Of a stretch of DNA of 64,000 nt, positions 42,726 to 53,354 are shown one piece after another. A program made the position numbers and the translations under genes. Location: contig CBDBKM010000013.1 in the NCBI GenBank assembly GCA_965206695.1, positions 32,001-96,000 on the forward strand, read 5' to 3'. The notes under the pieces are model-generated. The model was not told the DNA's origin and did no database searches. It saw nothing but the letters and a program-made list of their open reading frames with translations. Position 1 is the stretch's first letter; each line of letters begins with the position of its first letter. The stretch comes from Chlamydiales bacterium (lineage in GTDB: Bacteria; Chlamydiota; Chlamydiia; Chlamydiales; JAAZZY01).

Positions 42726-43531
42726 TTTAGATCCCCTATCCTAGCTATAATCTCACCGGGATCTTTTGATTTTACTAATAATTTTCCAATAAGAATCCCA
42801 TCATAGCCATAGTCATACATATACCCGGCATCTTCTAAGGTTTTAATACCGGACTCAGCAATTTTCATAACATCCAATGGAATATTTTTTATTAGATCCC
42901 TTGCTATATCCAAATTTACTTTAAAACCGGTCAAGTCTCGATTATTGACTCCAATAATTGAAGCTTTGGCATCTATTGCTATTTTCAATTCCTCATAATT
43001 ATGAACTTCAACTAATGCCTCCATACCCATCTTTTCAGCTTCATCAATAAAGCGTTTGGTTTCTAATTCTAAAACACCCACGATTAACAAAACAATATTA
43101 GCCCCTGCCAGCTTTGCTTCTGCAATCTGAAAAGGCTCAATAACAAAATCTTTTCTAAGGATAGGACAAGGGTAGGGCAGGGCTTCAAATACCTTCGCTA
43201 TATCCTTTAAATCATGTAAGGTTCCATCAAAATATTTTTTATCTGTTAATACAGACACCGCTGCAGCCCCGGCATTGCAATATTTAAGAGCTAAGGCAAT
43301 AGGATCTTTGATTTCACTTATCATACCGGCAGAAGGTGATCTGCGTTTGATTTCTGCAATAACAGAAAGACCCTCTTTATCTAAATTAGAAAAAAAAGGA
43401 CGCTCAAAATATTCTATCTTTTGTTTTAGAATAAAGTTTAAGGGGTGATTAGAATCTTTTTCTAATTCTTCTTTAAGCGGTTGAATTTCTTTTTTTTTAA
43501 ACTCAATAATTTCGGTTAATCTATTAGACAT
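42722..43531 (-). CDS. trpC: Indole-3-glycerol phosphate synthase
   Basis: IAEIKRRSPSAG, SVLTD, LRKDF, GVNNRDL, AESGI; start set at ATG 43531 behind a GAGG RBS. Confidence 0.95.
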   Translation of the reverse strand: MSNRLTEIIEFKKKEIQPLKEELEKDSNHPLNFILKQKIEYFERPFFSNLDKEGLSVIAEIKRRSPSAGMISEIKDPIALALKYCNAGAAAVSVLTDKKYFDGTLHDLKDIAKVFEALPYPCPILRKDFVIEPFQIAEAKLAGANIVLLIVGVLELETKRFIDEAEKMGMEALVEVHNYEELKIAIDAKASIIGVNNRDLTGFKVNLDIARDLIKNIPLDVMKIAESGIKTLEDAGYMYDYGYDGILIGKLLVKSKDPGEIIARIGDLK

Positions 43532-43542
43532 TTTTTTCCTCA

Positions 43543-44547
43543 TCAACCCGGATGTGAACATTCCTTCCAATTTATTAATGTTTGATATGCATTACCGTCT
43601 TCTAAAGCAGATCGAGCGATTTTAATTCCTTTTCCAATGTCTTCAACTAATCCATAAATATAAAGAGCCGCTCCCGCATTTAAAACTAACGTGTCAGCAA
43701 TGGGACCCCGCTTTCCTTGAAATACTTCAGTTAAGATAGCCGCGTTCTCGATAGGATCTCCACCTTTTAAATCTTCAATAGTACACCTTTTTAATCCAAA
43801 ATCCATAGCCTCTAACTTTTGTTCAGTAACACCGTTAGGAGTAACTTCTCGAATATCGGCCGGTCCTATAGGTGCTAATTCATCTAATCCTTTACAATAG
43901 ACAACCCAAGCTTTTTGAACACCTAATGCATGTAATGTTTGCGCCATAAGATCAAGAAGTTTTGGATCAAAAACACCTAATAACAAATACTGAACTTTAG
44001 CCGGATTCAAAAGAGGGCCTAAAATATTAAAGGTTGTTCTTACCATTAATGCTCTTCTAATTGAAGCCACGGCTTTAAAAGCCGGATGATAAAAGGGAGC
44101 ATAAAGAAAGGCTATATTCGCCTTTTTAATACATTGAATAACGACTTTCGGATCTCCTTCAAGTTTGACGCCAAGCTGTTGAACCAATTCAGCAGAACTA
44201 CACTTACTCGTAACAGAACGATTACCATGTTTAGCAACAATAACTCCACAGGAAGCCGCTAAAATAGATGAAGCTGTAGAAATATTAACCGTATGAGCAT
44301 TATCTCCTCCCGTTCCAACAATATCCATTAACTTCTTATCGATACCAATTTTAATAGCATGCTTAAGCATGCCTTTGACGAAACCTGTTAACTCCTCTGT
44401 GGTTTCACCTTTGGATCGTAAGAGGACAAGAAAAGCTGCTGTTTGTCTTTCATCAGCACCTGTTATAATGGCTTCGATAGCTGATTTTACCTCTTCTAGA
44501 GACAAATTTTGTCGATGCATTAATTTTTTAATAACAGGTTTTAACAT
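43543..44547 (-). CDS. trpD: Anthranilate phosphoribosyltransferase
   Basis: DIVGTGGD, NIST, KHGNRS, RTTFNILGPLLNP, GLDE. Confidence 0.96.
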   Translation of the reverse strand: MLKPVIKKLMHRQNLSLEEVKSAIEAIITGADERQTAAFLVLLRSKGETTEELTGFVKGMLKHAIKIGIDKKLMDIVGTGGDNAHTVNISTASSILAASCGVIVAKHGNRSVTSKCSSAELVQQLGVKLEGDPKVVIQCIKKANIAFLYAPFYHPAFKAVASIRRALMVRTTFNILGPLLNPAKVQYLLLGVFDPKLLDLMAQTLHALGVQKAWVVYCKGLDELAPIGPADIREVTPNGVTEQKLEAMDFGLKRCTIEDLKGGDPIENAAILTEVFQGKRGPIADTLVLNAGAALYIYGLVEDIGKGIKIARSALEDGNAYQTLINWKECSHPG

Positions 44548-44556
44548 GATTTTTTC

Positions 44557-45651
44557 TTAATCTAAGGTTACGCATCGATTCATAAGGATAGCATCGGCAA
44601 TAGTTAGAGCAATCATCGCCTCTAAAATAGGCACTGCTCGAATTGCTACACAAGGATCGTGACGAGACCCTTCCGGTAACTGAAAGACAGCTTTATTACC
44701 ATGTATATCTAAAGTATCTAAGCTTTTCTTAATACTAGAAGTTGGCTTAAAAGCTACACGGACCACTAATGGCATGCCGTTGGTAATACCTCCTAAGGTG
44801 CCGCCTGCATAATTTGTTTTAGTTTGAATCTTTTCATCTTTTTTTACAAAAATATCATTATGCTCAGAGCCTCGCAACCTCGCTGCTTCAAAACCGCTAC
44901 CAAATTCCACTCCCTTTGTAGCAGGTAGAGACATCATAGCTTTAGCAATATTTGCTTCGATTTTTTCATACACCGGATCCCCTAGCCCAACAGGAACATT
45001 GTAGACGATTACTTCTAAGATAGCACCTAGAGAATCTCCTTTTTCTTTCATCTCAAGAATCAAGTTTTGCATTTGCCCCTCAGCTTCTTTATCGGGGCAA
45101 AAAATAGGACTATCCAAGATAAGTGATTGTAATGCTTCTATACCCATCTGAGGAAGAGTAGCGTCAATGCCACCTAACTCCTTGACATAGGCAACGGGTG
45201 TAATACCAAAATGTAAGAGTAATTTCTTAGCTGCTGCTCCGGCTGCCACCCTACAGGTTGTCTCGCGAGCTGAAGATCTTCCTCCCCCACGATAATCAAA
45301 AATGCCATATTTCTCTAAATACGTAAAATTGGCATGACCCGGCCTTAAAAGATCTTTGATCGACTCATATTTACTTGAATCGGCATCTTTATTGGGTATC
45401 ATGATTCCAATCGGAGTACCTGTTGTCTTACCTTCAAATACTCCCGATACAATTTGAGCGATATCTTTTTCTTTTCTAGGTGATGTATATGGATTTTTTC
45501 CGGGAGCTCTTTTATCCATTTCAATTTGGATATCTTCATCAGAAAGAATAATCCCTGCAGGGCAGCCATCAATAACAACGCCCATAGACTTGCCATGAGA
45601 CTCTCCCCATGTCGTAAACCTAAAAATATTACCGAATGAATTGCTCCCCAT
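44557..45651 (-). CDS. aroC: Chorismate synthase
   Basis: TWGESHG, RPGHA, GGGRSSARET, GGITNG, RHDPC. Confidence 0.97.
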   Translation of the reverse strand: MGSNSFGNIFRFTTWGESHGKSMGVVIDGCPAGIILSDEDIQIEMDKRAPGKNPYTSPRKEKDIAQIVSGVFEGKTTGTPIGIMIPNKDADSSKYESIKDLLRPGHANFTYLEKYGIFDYRGGGRSSARETTCRVAAGAAAKKLLLHFGITPVAYVKELGGIDATLPQMGIEALQSLILDSPIFCPDKEAEGQMQNLILEMKEKGDSLGAILEVIVYNVPVGLGDPVYEKIEANIAKAMMSLPATKGVEFGSGFEAARLRGSEHNDIFVKKDEKIQTKTNYAGGTLGGITNGMPLVVRVAFKPTSSIKKSLDTLDIHGNKAVFQLPEGSRHDPCVAIRAVPILEAMIALTIADAILMNRCVTLD

Positions 45652-45728
45652 ATTACATCCCCTTATTTAATCAATATAAAGCATTATAGCTTGTTCTCAT
45701 ATCTCTTAGCAATCCAAAATCATTGTTT

Positions 45729-46529
45729 TTACTTCTGACGTGATAAAAATTCCACTACCAACATATTTAATGTATCCGGTGCTTCTATCTGAAAACAATG
45801 ACCAACCTTCGGAACAAATACAAGCTCCGCTTCTTTTAAACCATTATACAGTTCTTCCACTAAATCCCTTGGAATAAGTAAATCACTCTCACCACCAATA
45901 ACTAATGTTTTAGAAGAAATTTGAGAGAGATTTCGAACTTGATCATGCTTCAAAATAGCAGCAACCTGCCCCTTATAACCATCTAATGTCTGGGGAAACG
46001 GATTTTCTATTACTCTTTTAAGAAAGTAGTTTGCTTTCCTCTTATCTTCAAACACTCCGTTAGAAAATACCCAAGGCATAAATAACTTAGCCTGAACTTC
46101 AGGGCTAACTTCTGATTGTCTTAGATCGATTATCGCTGAAAATAAAAAGGCTCCTCTTGCTTTGCTCTGACAAGTTGTTGCTGCCAAAATCAATCGATCG
46201 ACTCTTTCCGGATATCGAATTGCAATATTTTGGGCTATAAATCCTCCCATGGAGAAACCTAAGATATGGCTTGTATCAATTCGAAGATGATCCAGCAGGG
46301 CAATCGTATCATCTGCCATCATATCAATACTATATTCATGATCGGGAGCATCGCTTCTTCCTGCTCCTCTATTATCTAGTGTAATAACCTCAAATTTCCT
46401 TGATAAGGCAGGAATCTGCATTACCCAGTGAGTGGAGTCTCCTCCTAATCCGGGAATGAGTACTAATGACTCGCCTTTGCCTTTGCGGTTATAAAACATA
46501 TTTATTCCATTGACCTTTGCCATTGGCAT
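45729..46529 (-). CDS. Alpha/beta hydrolase (enol-lactonase/PcaD-like)
   Basis: DNRGAGRSD, GFSMGG nucleophile elbow, D..., GH. Confidence 0.85.
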   Translation of the reverse strand: MPMAKVNGINMFYNRKGKGESLVLIPGLGGDSTHWVMQIPALSRKFEVITLDNRGAGRSDAPDHEYSIDMMADDTIALLDHLRIDTSHILGFSMGGFIAQNIAIRYPERVDRLILAATTCQSKARGAFLFSAIIDLRQSEVSPEVQAKLFMPWVFSNGVFEDKRKANYFLKRVIENPFPQTLDGYKGQVAAILKHDQVRNLSQISSKTLVIGGESDLLIPRDLVEELYNGLKEAELVFVPKVGHCFQIEAPDTLNMLVVEFLSRQK

Positions 46530-46768
46530 GGTAATTACTTCCCTTATTTTTAATAATTAATGTTTAAAAGCTCGTTTATATTTCAGAAATATCACTACCG
46601 GTCTATACTTAAAAATGACATCCCCCTACCCCGTGGTTTAATCCATAATTATTAATTTTTCAAGTCATGCTTGAAAGATTATATTCGATTAATAATTAAG
46701 TATTTAGTGAATCAATTTTTAAAGAAATTAAGGATGAAAAACTTAAGAAATTAATTGGATAAATTAAT

Positions 46769-46920
46769 TTAAATATAATTAGAAACTTCGATTAGATTTT
46801 GATCTAAATCTCTGAAAGAAACCGATAAAAGAGCGCCTTTTGCCCCTATTCTTTCAAAAGGACCCTCTATGATTGCGATGAGATTATCATTTAGATGTTT
46901 GTTGACAGCTCTCAACCCTA
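46769..46920 (-). pseudogene. VOC/glyoxalase-family gene 3' remnant
   Basis: EGPFERIGAKGALLSVSFRDLDQNLIEVSNY; cut by the MITE. Confidence 0.65.
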
Positions 46921-46923
46921 AAA

Positions 46924-47091
46924 AGACCTCTGCATAACTGACTTGATAATATTTTTTAAAACTCACTGATTGTCTAAACTTATTTTTCATTTATTTTGAT
47001 AAGTTTTATAATAAGCGGTTTTTTTATTATGAGTGCAAAGCATCGCATAGGTGCCAAGAATCGTTGCCGGAAATCAGTTATGCAGAGATCT
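46924..47091 (+). mobile_element. 168-bp MITE derived from the IS5-group element
   Basis: TIRs AGACCTCTGCATAACTGA / TCAGTTATGCAGAGATCT; internal TTTTTATTATGAGTGCAAAGCATC equals the start of the 15858 remnant ORF. Confidence 0.85.
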
Positions 47092-47196
47092 TAGAATACG
47101 AAACAACACTTTAATCGAGACGCTCTCACCCCAATACTAAAACAATTTGCTTCAAACTCCTTACATCAATAGAAATAAGGCAAGTCATAGATTTTA

Positions 47197-47757
47197 CTAG
47201 ATGTTATACTGATGATACTGACCTACAATTTCTTTCGCTAACTCTTTGATACTTTTTCCTTCGGTATCAATAGTATGATCTTGGGCTAACTGATATAAAG
47301 GAGTTCTATGCCTTAAAACTGCATTAACCTCATCTTTTAAAAATTCTTCTTTCGTCAATGGAGGTTTTTCAGAATTAACGACGGTGGGCTCTAATAAAGG
47401 AGGTCTTTCATCACTAATATTGAGACGCTGCAATATCGTTGGGAGACTCGCCTTTAGCCAGAATATCATACCGGATTTTTTTAATGCTTTGATATTCTTT
47501 TTTCTTTCAACAACTCCTCCCCCACAATCAATAACAGCAGGCCCCTTTTCAGCATATTTTTTTACAATAGCACTTTCAATGTCACGAAATTCATCCCATG
47601 AGTGATCCAACATATAATCTAAAATCGGCATCTTAATTTGATTTTCAATCAGACGATCAATGCTATACAGCTTCATTTTCAACAATTTTGCCAGATACTT
47701 TGCCATCGTACTCTTACCTGTTTCCCTATAACCAATTAGCACAAGATTTTTAATCAT
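47197..47757 (-). CDS. aroK: Shikimate kinase
   Basis: GYRETGKST P-loop, FRDIE, DCGGGVV, RP.L, R.PLY. Confidence 0.92.
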   Translation of the reverse strand: MIKNLVLIGYRETGKSTMAKYLAKLLKMKLYSIDRLIENQIKMPILDYMLDHSWDEFRDIESAIVKKYAEKGPAVIDCGGGVVERKKNIKALKKSGMIFWLKASLPTILQRLNISDERPPLLEPTVVNSEKPPLTKEEFLKDEVNAVLRHRTPLYQLAQDHTIDTEGKSIKELAKEIVGQYHQYNI

Positions 47758-49024
47758 ATATCAGGGCAACCCCCAGTTCTTCTAATTTCTTCCAGTAGCC
47801 GGGAAATGACTTTGTTGTAACCTCAGGATGTGAAATTCTAATGCCCGGTACTTTTACTCCTGCTATTGCAAAACTCATCGCCATACGATGGTCTGAATGA
47901 GGATCAATAACAGCTCCTTTAGGAGTTCCTCCTACAATAGTTAAAGATGAGTCAGTATGTTTTACCTCTACACCCAACTTTTTCAACTCTTTGGACGTAT
48001 CCCCAATACGATCAGACTCTTTATGCTTTAAATGTTCAATATTTTTAATATGAGTGACACCTTTAGAAAAACAGGCTAAAATAGCTAATGTTTGCACTGC
48101 ATCAGGCATATCACTCATATCAACATCAACTGCTTGTAATGGAGAGTTAGGACCTTGAAAAACGAGCCTTTGATTCTCCCAAGTATAGGAACAACCCATT
48201 TGTTTTAGTACCTCAACAAATCGAGATTCCCATTGAGGAGCTGTTAAGTTGAAGTTCGGAATGGTTATGCGACTGCCTGTAAGAGCGGTGATTCCTAAAA
48301 AATAAGAAGAAGAGAGTGGATCGGTCTCTATACTTATATCTTGCGCTTGATAACTTTGGCCCGGTTGGATAAGAAAGTGGCGATCGTTAATTTTCTCTAT
48401 ATCTACTTTGAATTTTCTCATTAGATCAATCGTCATCAGAATATATGAGGAAGATACTTTATGGCCTTTAAGATGAACTTCAATGCCTTTTTCCATATAA
48501 ACACCGGCTAATAATAAAGAGCTAATATACTGACTACTTTGAGAAGCGTCTATATCGACTTCACCACCTTGTATGGGACCCTTAACGGTTACAGGAAGGT
48601 GATAATCATCATGCTCAATATCTACCTCTAAAGATTGCAAAGCCTGTATTAAAGATTTCATAGGCCTTGTGTTCATCTTTTCATTCCCGATAATATATAC
48701 CGGATCGTAACAAAGAGAGGCAGCACCTAAAACAAATCTGGAAAAGGTTCCTGAGGCGGCGGTATAAATTTTCTTCGTTTTCACTATCGGTTTGCCGGCC
48801 ACACCTACCACATGAATCGTAGAGTTATCATTTGTGAATTTAGCCCCCAAGCCTTCCATACCTTTTTGCGCAATATTGATATCTTCATTATCCGGAACAT
48901 TCATAAGGGTAGATTTGCCCTCGGCTAAGGACGCAAGAATCATCAACCTATTCGCAATGTATTTGCTCCCCGGCAAAGTAACGGTTTTATCAAATGCGTT
49001 GTCAATCGGTTTAATTTCTATCAT
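47750..49024 (-). CDS. aroA: EPSP synthase
   Basis: PGSKY..NR, RPM, SSQYISSLL, KESDRI, DHRMAM, KSFP. Confidence 0.95.
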   Translation of the reverse strand: MIEIKPIDNAFDKTVTLPGSKYIANRLMILASLAEGKSTLMNVPDNEDINIAQKGMEGLGAKFTNDNSTIHVVGVAGKPIVKTKKIYTAASGTFSRFVLGAASLCYDPVYIIGNEKMNTRPMKSLIQALQSLEVDIEHDDYHLPVTVKGPIQGGEVDIDASQSSQYISSLLLAGVYMEKGIEVHLKGHKVSSSYILMTIDLMRKFKVDIEKINDRHFLIQPGQSYQAQDISIETDPLSSSYFLGITALTGSRITIPNFNLTAPQWESRFVEVLKQMGCSYTWENQRLVFQGPNSPLQAVDVDMSDMPDAVQTLAILACFSKGVTHIKNIEHLKHKESDRIGDTSKELKKLGVEVKHTDSSLTIVGGTPKGAVIDPHSDHRMAMSFAIAGVKVPGIRISHPEVTTKSFPGYWKKLEELGVALIYD

Positions 49025-49043
49025 ATAGATAGTCTCCTTAATT

Positions 49044-50528
49044 TTATATACCCAAAGCTTGTCTTATTGTTTTTTTTACTGTTTTCTTATCTAAAAGCCC
49101 TTCTGACCAGATATCTTGTTGCTCAACGGCTTGATTGATAAACATCTCTATTCCACTTATTGTGTGGCATCCATTTTCATGCGCATCGCTTAACAGTTTC
49201 GTTTCTCTAGGAGAAAAAACAGAGTCCATTACAATCGTACCGGATATAAAGCATTCTTTAGGAACTAAAGATTCACCCACTTTCGGCGCCATCCCAATAT
49301 TTGTAGAATTAAACAAAATATCGTATCCCTTCTTTAATTCCCCATTGAGATATCCTAAAGGAAGGGCATTTGCGCCTAATTCAGAAGCAACCAATTTAGC
49401 TCTATCAAAATTTCGGTTAAAAATTGTGACATCTGCGCCTCTTCTCACAGCTTCATAAATAATAGCTCTAGCACTACCACCCGCTCCTAAAATATAAAAC
49501 CGCTTACCTTTAATAGATATCCTCTCTTCAATAGCATTTAATGCCCCTATTCCATCTGTGTTATAACCGATCACTTTGCCTTCTTTAATGAATAATATAT
49601 TCGCAGCTTTAATCGTTTTAACTTGATCATTTACTTCATCTAAAAAGGGAATAATATATTCTTTTAATGGCATTGTAACACTAAATCCCGCAAAAGGAAG
49701 ATAAGAGTATAAAGAAAGGCATTCTTTAAGCTCTTCTATTTTAACTCGCATTGTGACGTAGACTTGATTTAGTTCAAAAGCATCAAAAACTGCGTTATGG
49801 ATAATATGGCCACTACTCTGATTAACAGGGTCACCTAGTAAGCTAAATATTTTAGTTTCTTTATTTAAATTCTTATAATGAAAAGTCTCTAATAAACTTT
49901 TTATTGTTAGTTGCCCGGGAGCTGACGTATATTCCGGACTTAAGCCGGCATAGCTGAGACCTTCCCCGAAAACAGGCTGCAAGATCCTTGTCATCTGTCC
50001 TTCCTCTCCCATACAAAGTCCCGTGAATGGAATATCTTGCGATTGTATGAAATTAAGCATCTGAAGAGCATCCGGGGTGGAATTAGCTTTCGTAGCTATC
50101 TTATACATGGCAGCCTTTGTATTTTCCATCCCTTTTAATACGGTAGATAGATCTTGCGGTGTTTTTTCAAAATCATGGAAAGAAATAATAATATTTGTAC
50201 CGGGACTTATTCTTACAATAGCTTCTGAAATCTCTTTCGGAGAATCATATTCCAAATCAATATATTCCGGTCTCAGATGGGCTAATTTTTCGAAATACGC
50301 TTTTCTTTCATCGTCTGTTTTATTATCTTTACCGCCATGGGAGATCTTTCTTAAAGTCAAAATAACAGGATCGCTAAGAGCGTCTATTATTTTTTTTAAT
50401 TCATCTATGGAAATATCAATAAACAAATCAATTCTAAGTTCTACCAGATCGATATTAAAAGATTCCAGTTCTTTTATCTGCTTGCGTAGTGTTGTTAAAT
50501 CAGGACCAATTACAGAAGCGCAAATCAT
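49044..50528 (-). CDS. aroDE: Bifunctional type I dehydroquinase / shikimate dehydrogenase
   Basis: VELRID, SFHDF..TP, SAPGQ, then SVTMPLK, NTDG, GAGGSA, GIEMFINQA. Confidence 0.93.
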   Translation of the reverse strand: MICASVIGPDLTTLRKQIKELESFNIDLVELRIDLFIDISIDELKKIIDALSDPVILTLRKISHGGKDNKTDDERKAYFEKLAHLRPEYIDLEYDSPKEISEAIVRISPGTNIIISFHDFEKTPQDLSTVLKGMENTKAAMYKIATKANSTPDALQMLNFIQSQDIPFTGLCMGEEGQMTRILQPVFGEGLSYAGLSPEYTSAPGQLTIKSLLETFHYKNLNKETKIFSLLGDPVNQSSGHIIHNAVFDAFELNQVYVTMRVKIEELKECLSLYSYLPFAGFSVTMPLKEYIIPFLDEVNDQVKTIKAANILFIKEGKVIGYNTDGIGALNAIEERISIKGKRFYILGAGGSARAIIYEAVRRGADVTIFNRNFDRAKLVASELGANALPLGYLNGELKKGYDILFNSTNIGMAPKVGESLVPKECFISGTIVMDSVFSPRETKLLSDAHENGCHTISGIEMFINQAVEQQDIWSEGLLDKKTVKKTIRQALGI

Positions 50529-51622
50529 AGCCGGCTCACAAATTCTAATGATTCATAAATTAATCCTTCCGAAACCTCTGTACAATATTGACCTGAAAAG
50601 CTTTCTACTTCTCCAATACTTCTCAAAAGAGTAAAACGAGCTTTTTTGTCTTTTGCTTTTTTATCCATTTCCATAATTTTTATTAATGAATAAAAATCAT
50701 ACGAATCATCTAGAGGTTTTAAGACTTCAAAACTTTTTAATATTTTGATGATTCTATCAAGGTCCTCTTGTTTTAATAATCCTAATTTATTGGCAAGATA
50801 ACCTTCTGCTACCATCCCAATAGCTACAGCTTCACCGTGGTTGAGGGTGGCATATTCATAAATAGCTTCGATAGCATGTGCTACGGTATGCCCCAGATTG
50901 ACAATTCTTCGATATCCACCCTCTTTTTCATCTTGTAAAACCACCGCTACTTTTATCTGACAGCTCTTAACAATCGACTCAAACAACATCTCTTTATTAG
51001 AAAAGATCTTAGAGCCGTCTTTTTCCAAAAGAGTAAAAAGGTCACTATTTAAAATAAGACCATGTTTAATCATTTCAACTATTCCGGATCGCATCTCTTT
51101 TTCAGGCAATGTAGAGAGAAGATCTATATCCATAATGATTGCTTTAGGTTGATAAAAGGTGCCTATTAGGTTTTTCCCTTGGGGTACATTAACTCCTGTT
51201 TTCCCCCCAATACTGGCATCTACCATCGCTAATAGTGACGTCGGCAAAAGAACAAGCGGAATACCTCTGCAGTAAGTAGAAGCTACAAAACCGCCTAGAT
51301 CAGTGACAACACCTCCACCTAAAGCTATTAATGTTGTATCCCTTCCAACCCCTAAATCCAACATATTATCTTCTAGTTCTTGCTTGAAACTCCGAGACTT
51401 TGATTGTTCGCCGGCGGGCACTGAAAGAAGATGACAATCAAAACCGCCGCTCTCTAAATGATTAATTAAATCATTACTATAAAGAGGCTCTACATTTGAA
51501 TCTGTGATAATAACAACACTTGAAGAACCTTTACAAGAATTTGTTATGATTTGATTATTTAGAAGAAGTGAGAGACCAAAAATAATTTGAGTATTATTTA
51601 ATTTAATTTCACGCTGCTGCAT
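50525..51622 (-). CDS. aroB: 3-dehydroquinate synthase
   Basis: GGGVVTDLGGF, DASIGGKTG, KNLIG, NLGHT..HAIE, HGEAV. Confidence 0.96.
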   Translation of the reverse strand: MQQREIKLNNTQIIFGLSLLLNNQIITNSCKGSSSVVIITDSNVEPLYSNDLINHLESGGFDCHLLSVPAGEQSKSRSFKQELEDNMLDLGVGRDTTLIALGGGVVTDLGGFVASTYCRGIPLVLLPTSLLAMVDASIGGKTGVNVPQGKNLIGTFYQPKAIIMDIDLLSTLPEKEMRSGIVEMIKHGLILNSDLFTLLEKDGSKIFSNKEMLFESIVKSCQIKVAVVLQDEKEGGYRRIVNLGHTVAHAIEAIYEYATLNHGEAVAIGMVAEGYLANKLGLLKQEDLDRIIKILKSFEVLKPLDDSYDFYSLIKIMEMDKKAKDKKARFTLLRSIGEVESFSGQYCTEVSEGLIYESLEFVSRL

Positions 51623-51693
51623 ATAAATTCCCTACAAATAGCATATTTTCTTCTCTTAAATAATTTGTTGTCAAGGCTTATCCGAAAAGACAT

Positions 51694-53175
51694 TTAAAGA
51701 AAAAAGAGGAAACTTAGTGCCCAGGCAATGATAAAATATATCATCATCGATAAGAAATCATTAAAGGCCGTTATGATAGGTCCTGAAGCAACAGCAGGGT
51801 CAACTCCTAGTCTAGCAAAGAAAAGAGGTGAAAAAATCCCTAAAAGAGTACCGCATAGACAGGCCCCAAATAAACCAATGCTCACAATCGATCCAACAAT
51901 AACGGGGCTTGCACAGACTAAAGGACAGCCAAAAATATCTAAGAAATATACGGTAGCGCCTGCCAGTATACCAAAAATCAATCCTGCAAGGGTGCCAATA
52001 ACCATTTCCTTTTTTATCGCTTCCCCTACGCTACCGGCTGTTAAGGCTCCTGTAGCCATACTACGTACTAAAATCGTACTGCACTGTATGCCTATATTTC
52101 CGGACATACCGGTAATGAGCGGTACAAAGAAAAGGACAAAAGCTAAAACAGTTCCTTCCTTGCTCTCAAAATACGCCATTCCCATTGCATTAATTAATCC
52201 GGCGATTAAGGTAACCATCAACCATGGAGCTCTTAAAAAGAGACGTTTGATAACAGGCTCATTAACCCCAACACTCTCTGTTGTTCCCACCATACGCGCT
52301 ATGGTTTCATCGGTTATATCTTCTAAGGCTTCAACAACATCTTCATAAGTAATCACTCCAACTAAGATATGATCTTCATCTAAAACAGGAAGAGCAGAAA
52401 TTTTATAACGTTCAACGATATCAATTACTTCTTCACGATTGGCATCAGGAGAGACCTTATGCGAGACAGGGCGCATAACTTGTTTAAGTGGAATATCTCG
52501 TGAATTGACAATCAAATTCCTCGCCGGCACAAAGCCTTGCAGCTGCCTTTTTTCATTTAAAACAAAAATTCGTCTTGTAATCTCGATATTGGGATGATCA
52601 CGGATACATTTTGCAGCCTCTGCAATGGTAATATCCATAGTAAAAGCAAAAAATTCACTTGTCATTAACCTAGCGGCGCTATTCTTATCTCTTTGACGTA
52701 GTTCTTTTATATAATGCGCTTTTTTAAGATCTATTGATGTTAAAAGACGTCTAAAGCGCCTTTCGGTCACATCATCTAAAACCCAAACCACTTCATCCAA
52801 AGGCATTCTTTCAATAAGTTCAATGATTTCCTGATCATCGAGTTCTCGAAAAATGCACGTTCTTGTATTTGATTCAACGGTGATAAGAAAAGTGACTTTA
52901 GCTTCTATATCAATTAAATTTTCAAATAATACAAAGCGAGCTTGATTCGGTAACTTAACGGCAGCATAGGCTAAATCAATAGGGTTATGTTCACTTGCGA
53001 TCTTTGCGATATTATGGCATTGGGTCTGATAATCAGAATGTGTCAAAGCTTCTTCTAGCTTAGTCTTTAAAGCATCATCTAACTGATTGGTCTTAGAATC
53101 CATTAAATGAGAAGAGGTTACAGGATAAACCTCTTGATCGGATCTATGTTGACTTTCAACCGATTTTTTTGACAT
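51694..53175 (-). CDS. mgtE: Magnesium transporter MgtE
   Basis: N-domain, CBS pair, RAPWL, GNIGIQ, DPAVASGPIITAFND. Confidence 0.94.
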   Translation of the reverse strand: MSKKSVESQHRSDQEVYPVTSSHLMDSKTNQLDDALKTKLEEALTHSDYQTQCHNIAKIASEHNPIDLAYAAVKLPNQARFVLFENLIDIEAKVTFLITVESNTRTCIFRELDDQEIIELIERMPLDEVVWVLDDVTERRFRRLLTSIDLKKAHYIKELRQRDKNSAARLMTSEFFAFTMDITIAEAAKCIRDHPNIEITRRIFVLNEKRQLQGFVPARNLIVNSRDIPLKQVMRPVSHKVSPDANREEVIDIVERYKISALPVLDEDHILVGVITYEDVVEALEDITDETIARMVGTTESVGVNEPVIKRLFLRAPWLMVTLIAGLINAMGMAYFESKEGTVLAFVLFFVPLITGMSGNIGIQCSTILVRSMATGALTAGSVGEAIKKEMVIGTLAGLIFGILAGATVYFLDIFGCPLVCASPVIVGSIVSIGLFGACLCGTLLGIFSPLFFARLGVDPAVASGPIITAFNDFLSMMIYFIIAWALSFLFFL

Positions 53176-53354
53176 TTTAAATAGACCTTACAGCTTCAAC
53201 ATAACAACTCAAAGAATAATAGTTTAGTTGGTATAGGCGAAATTATGCAAGTTCAAACATTAATTCAATAGGCGATCATAAGATATTTACTTATAACAAT
53301 CTATAAAATATTTTTTTTGAAAATTTGATCGATTTAAATGATCTTAATGATTTG

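Noticed and set aside
49135..52348. Long + strand ORFs (49135-49458, 50077-50634, 51728-52348) and similar antisense ORFs elsewhere
   Set aside because: Shadow frames antisense to well-supported genes (aroDE, aroB, mgtE).
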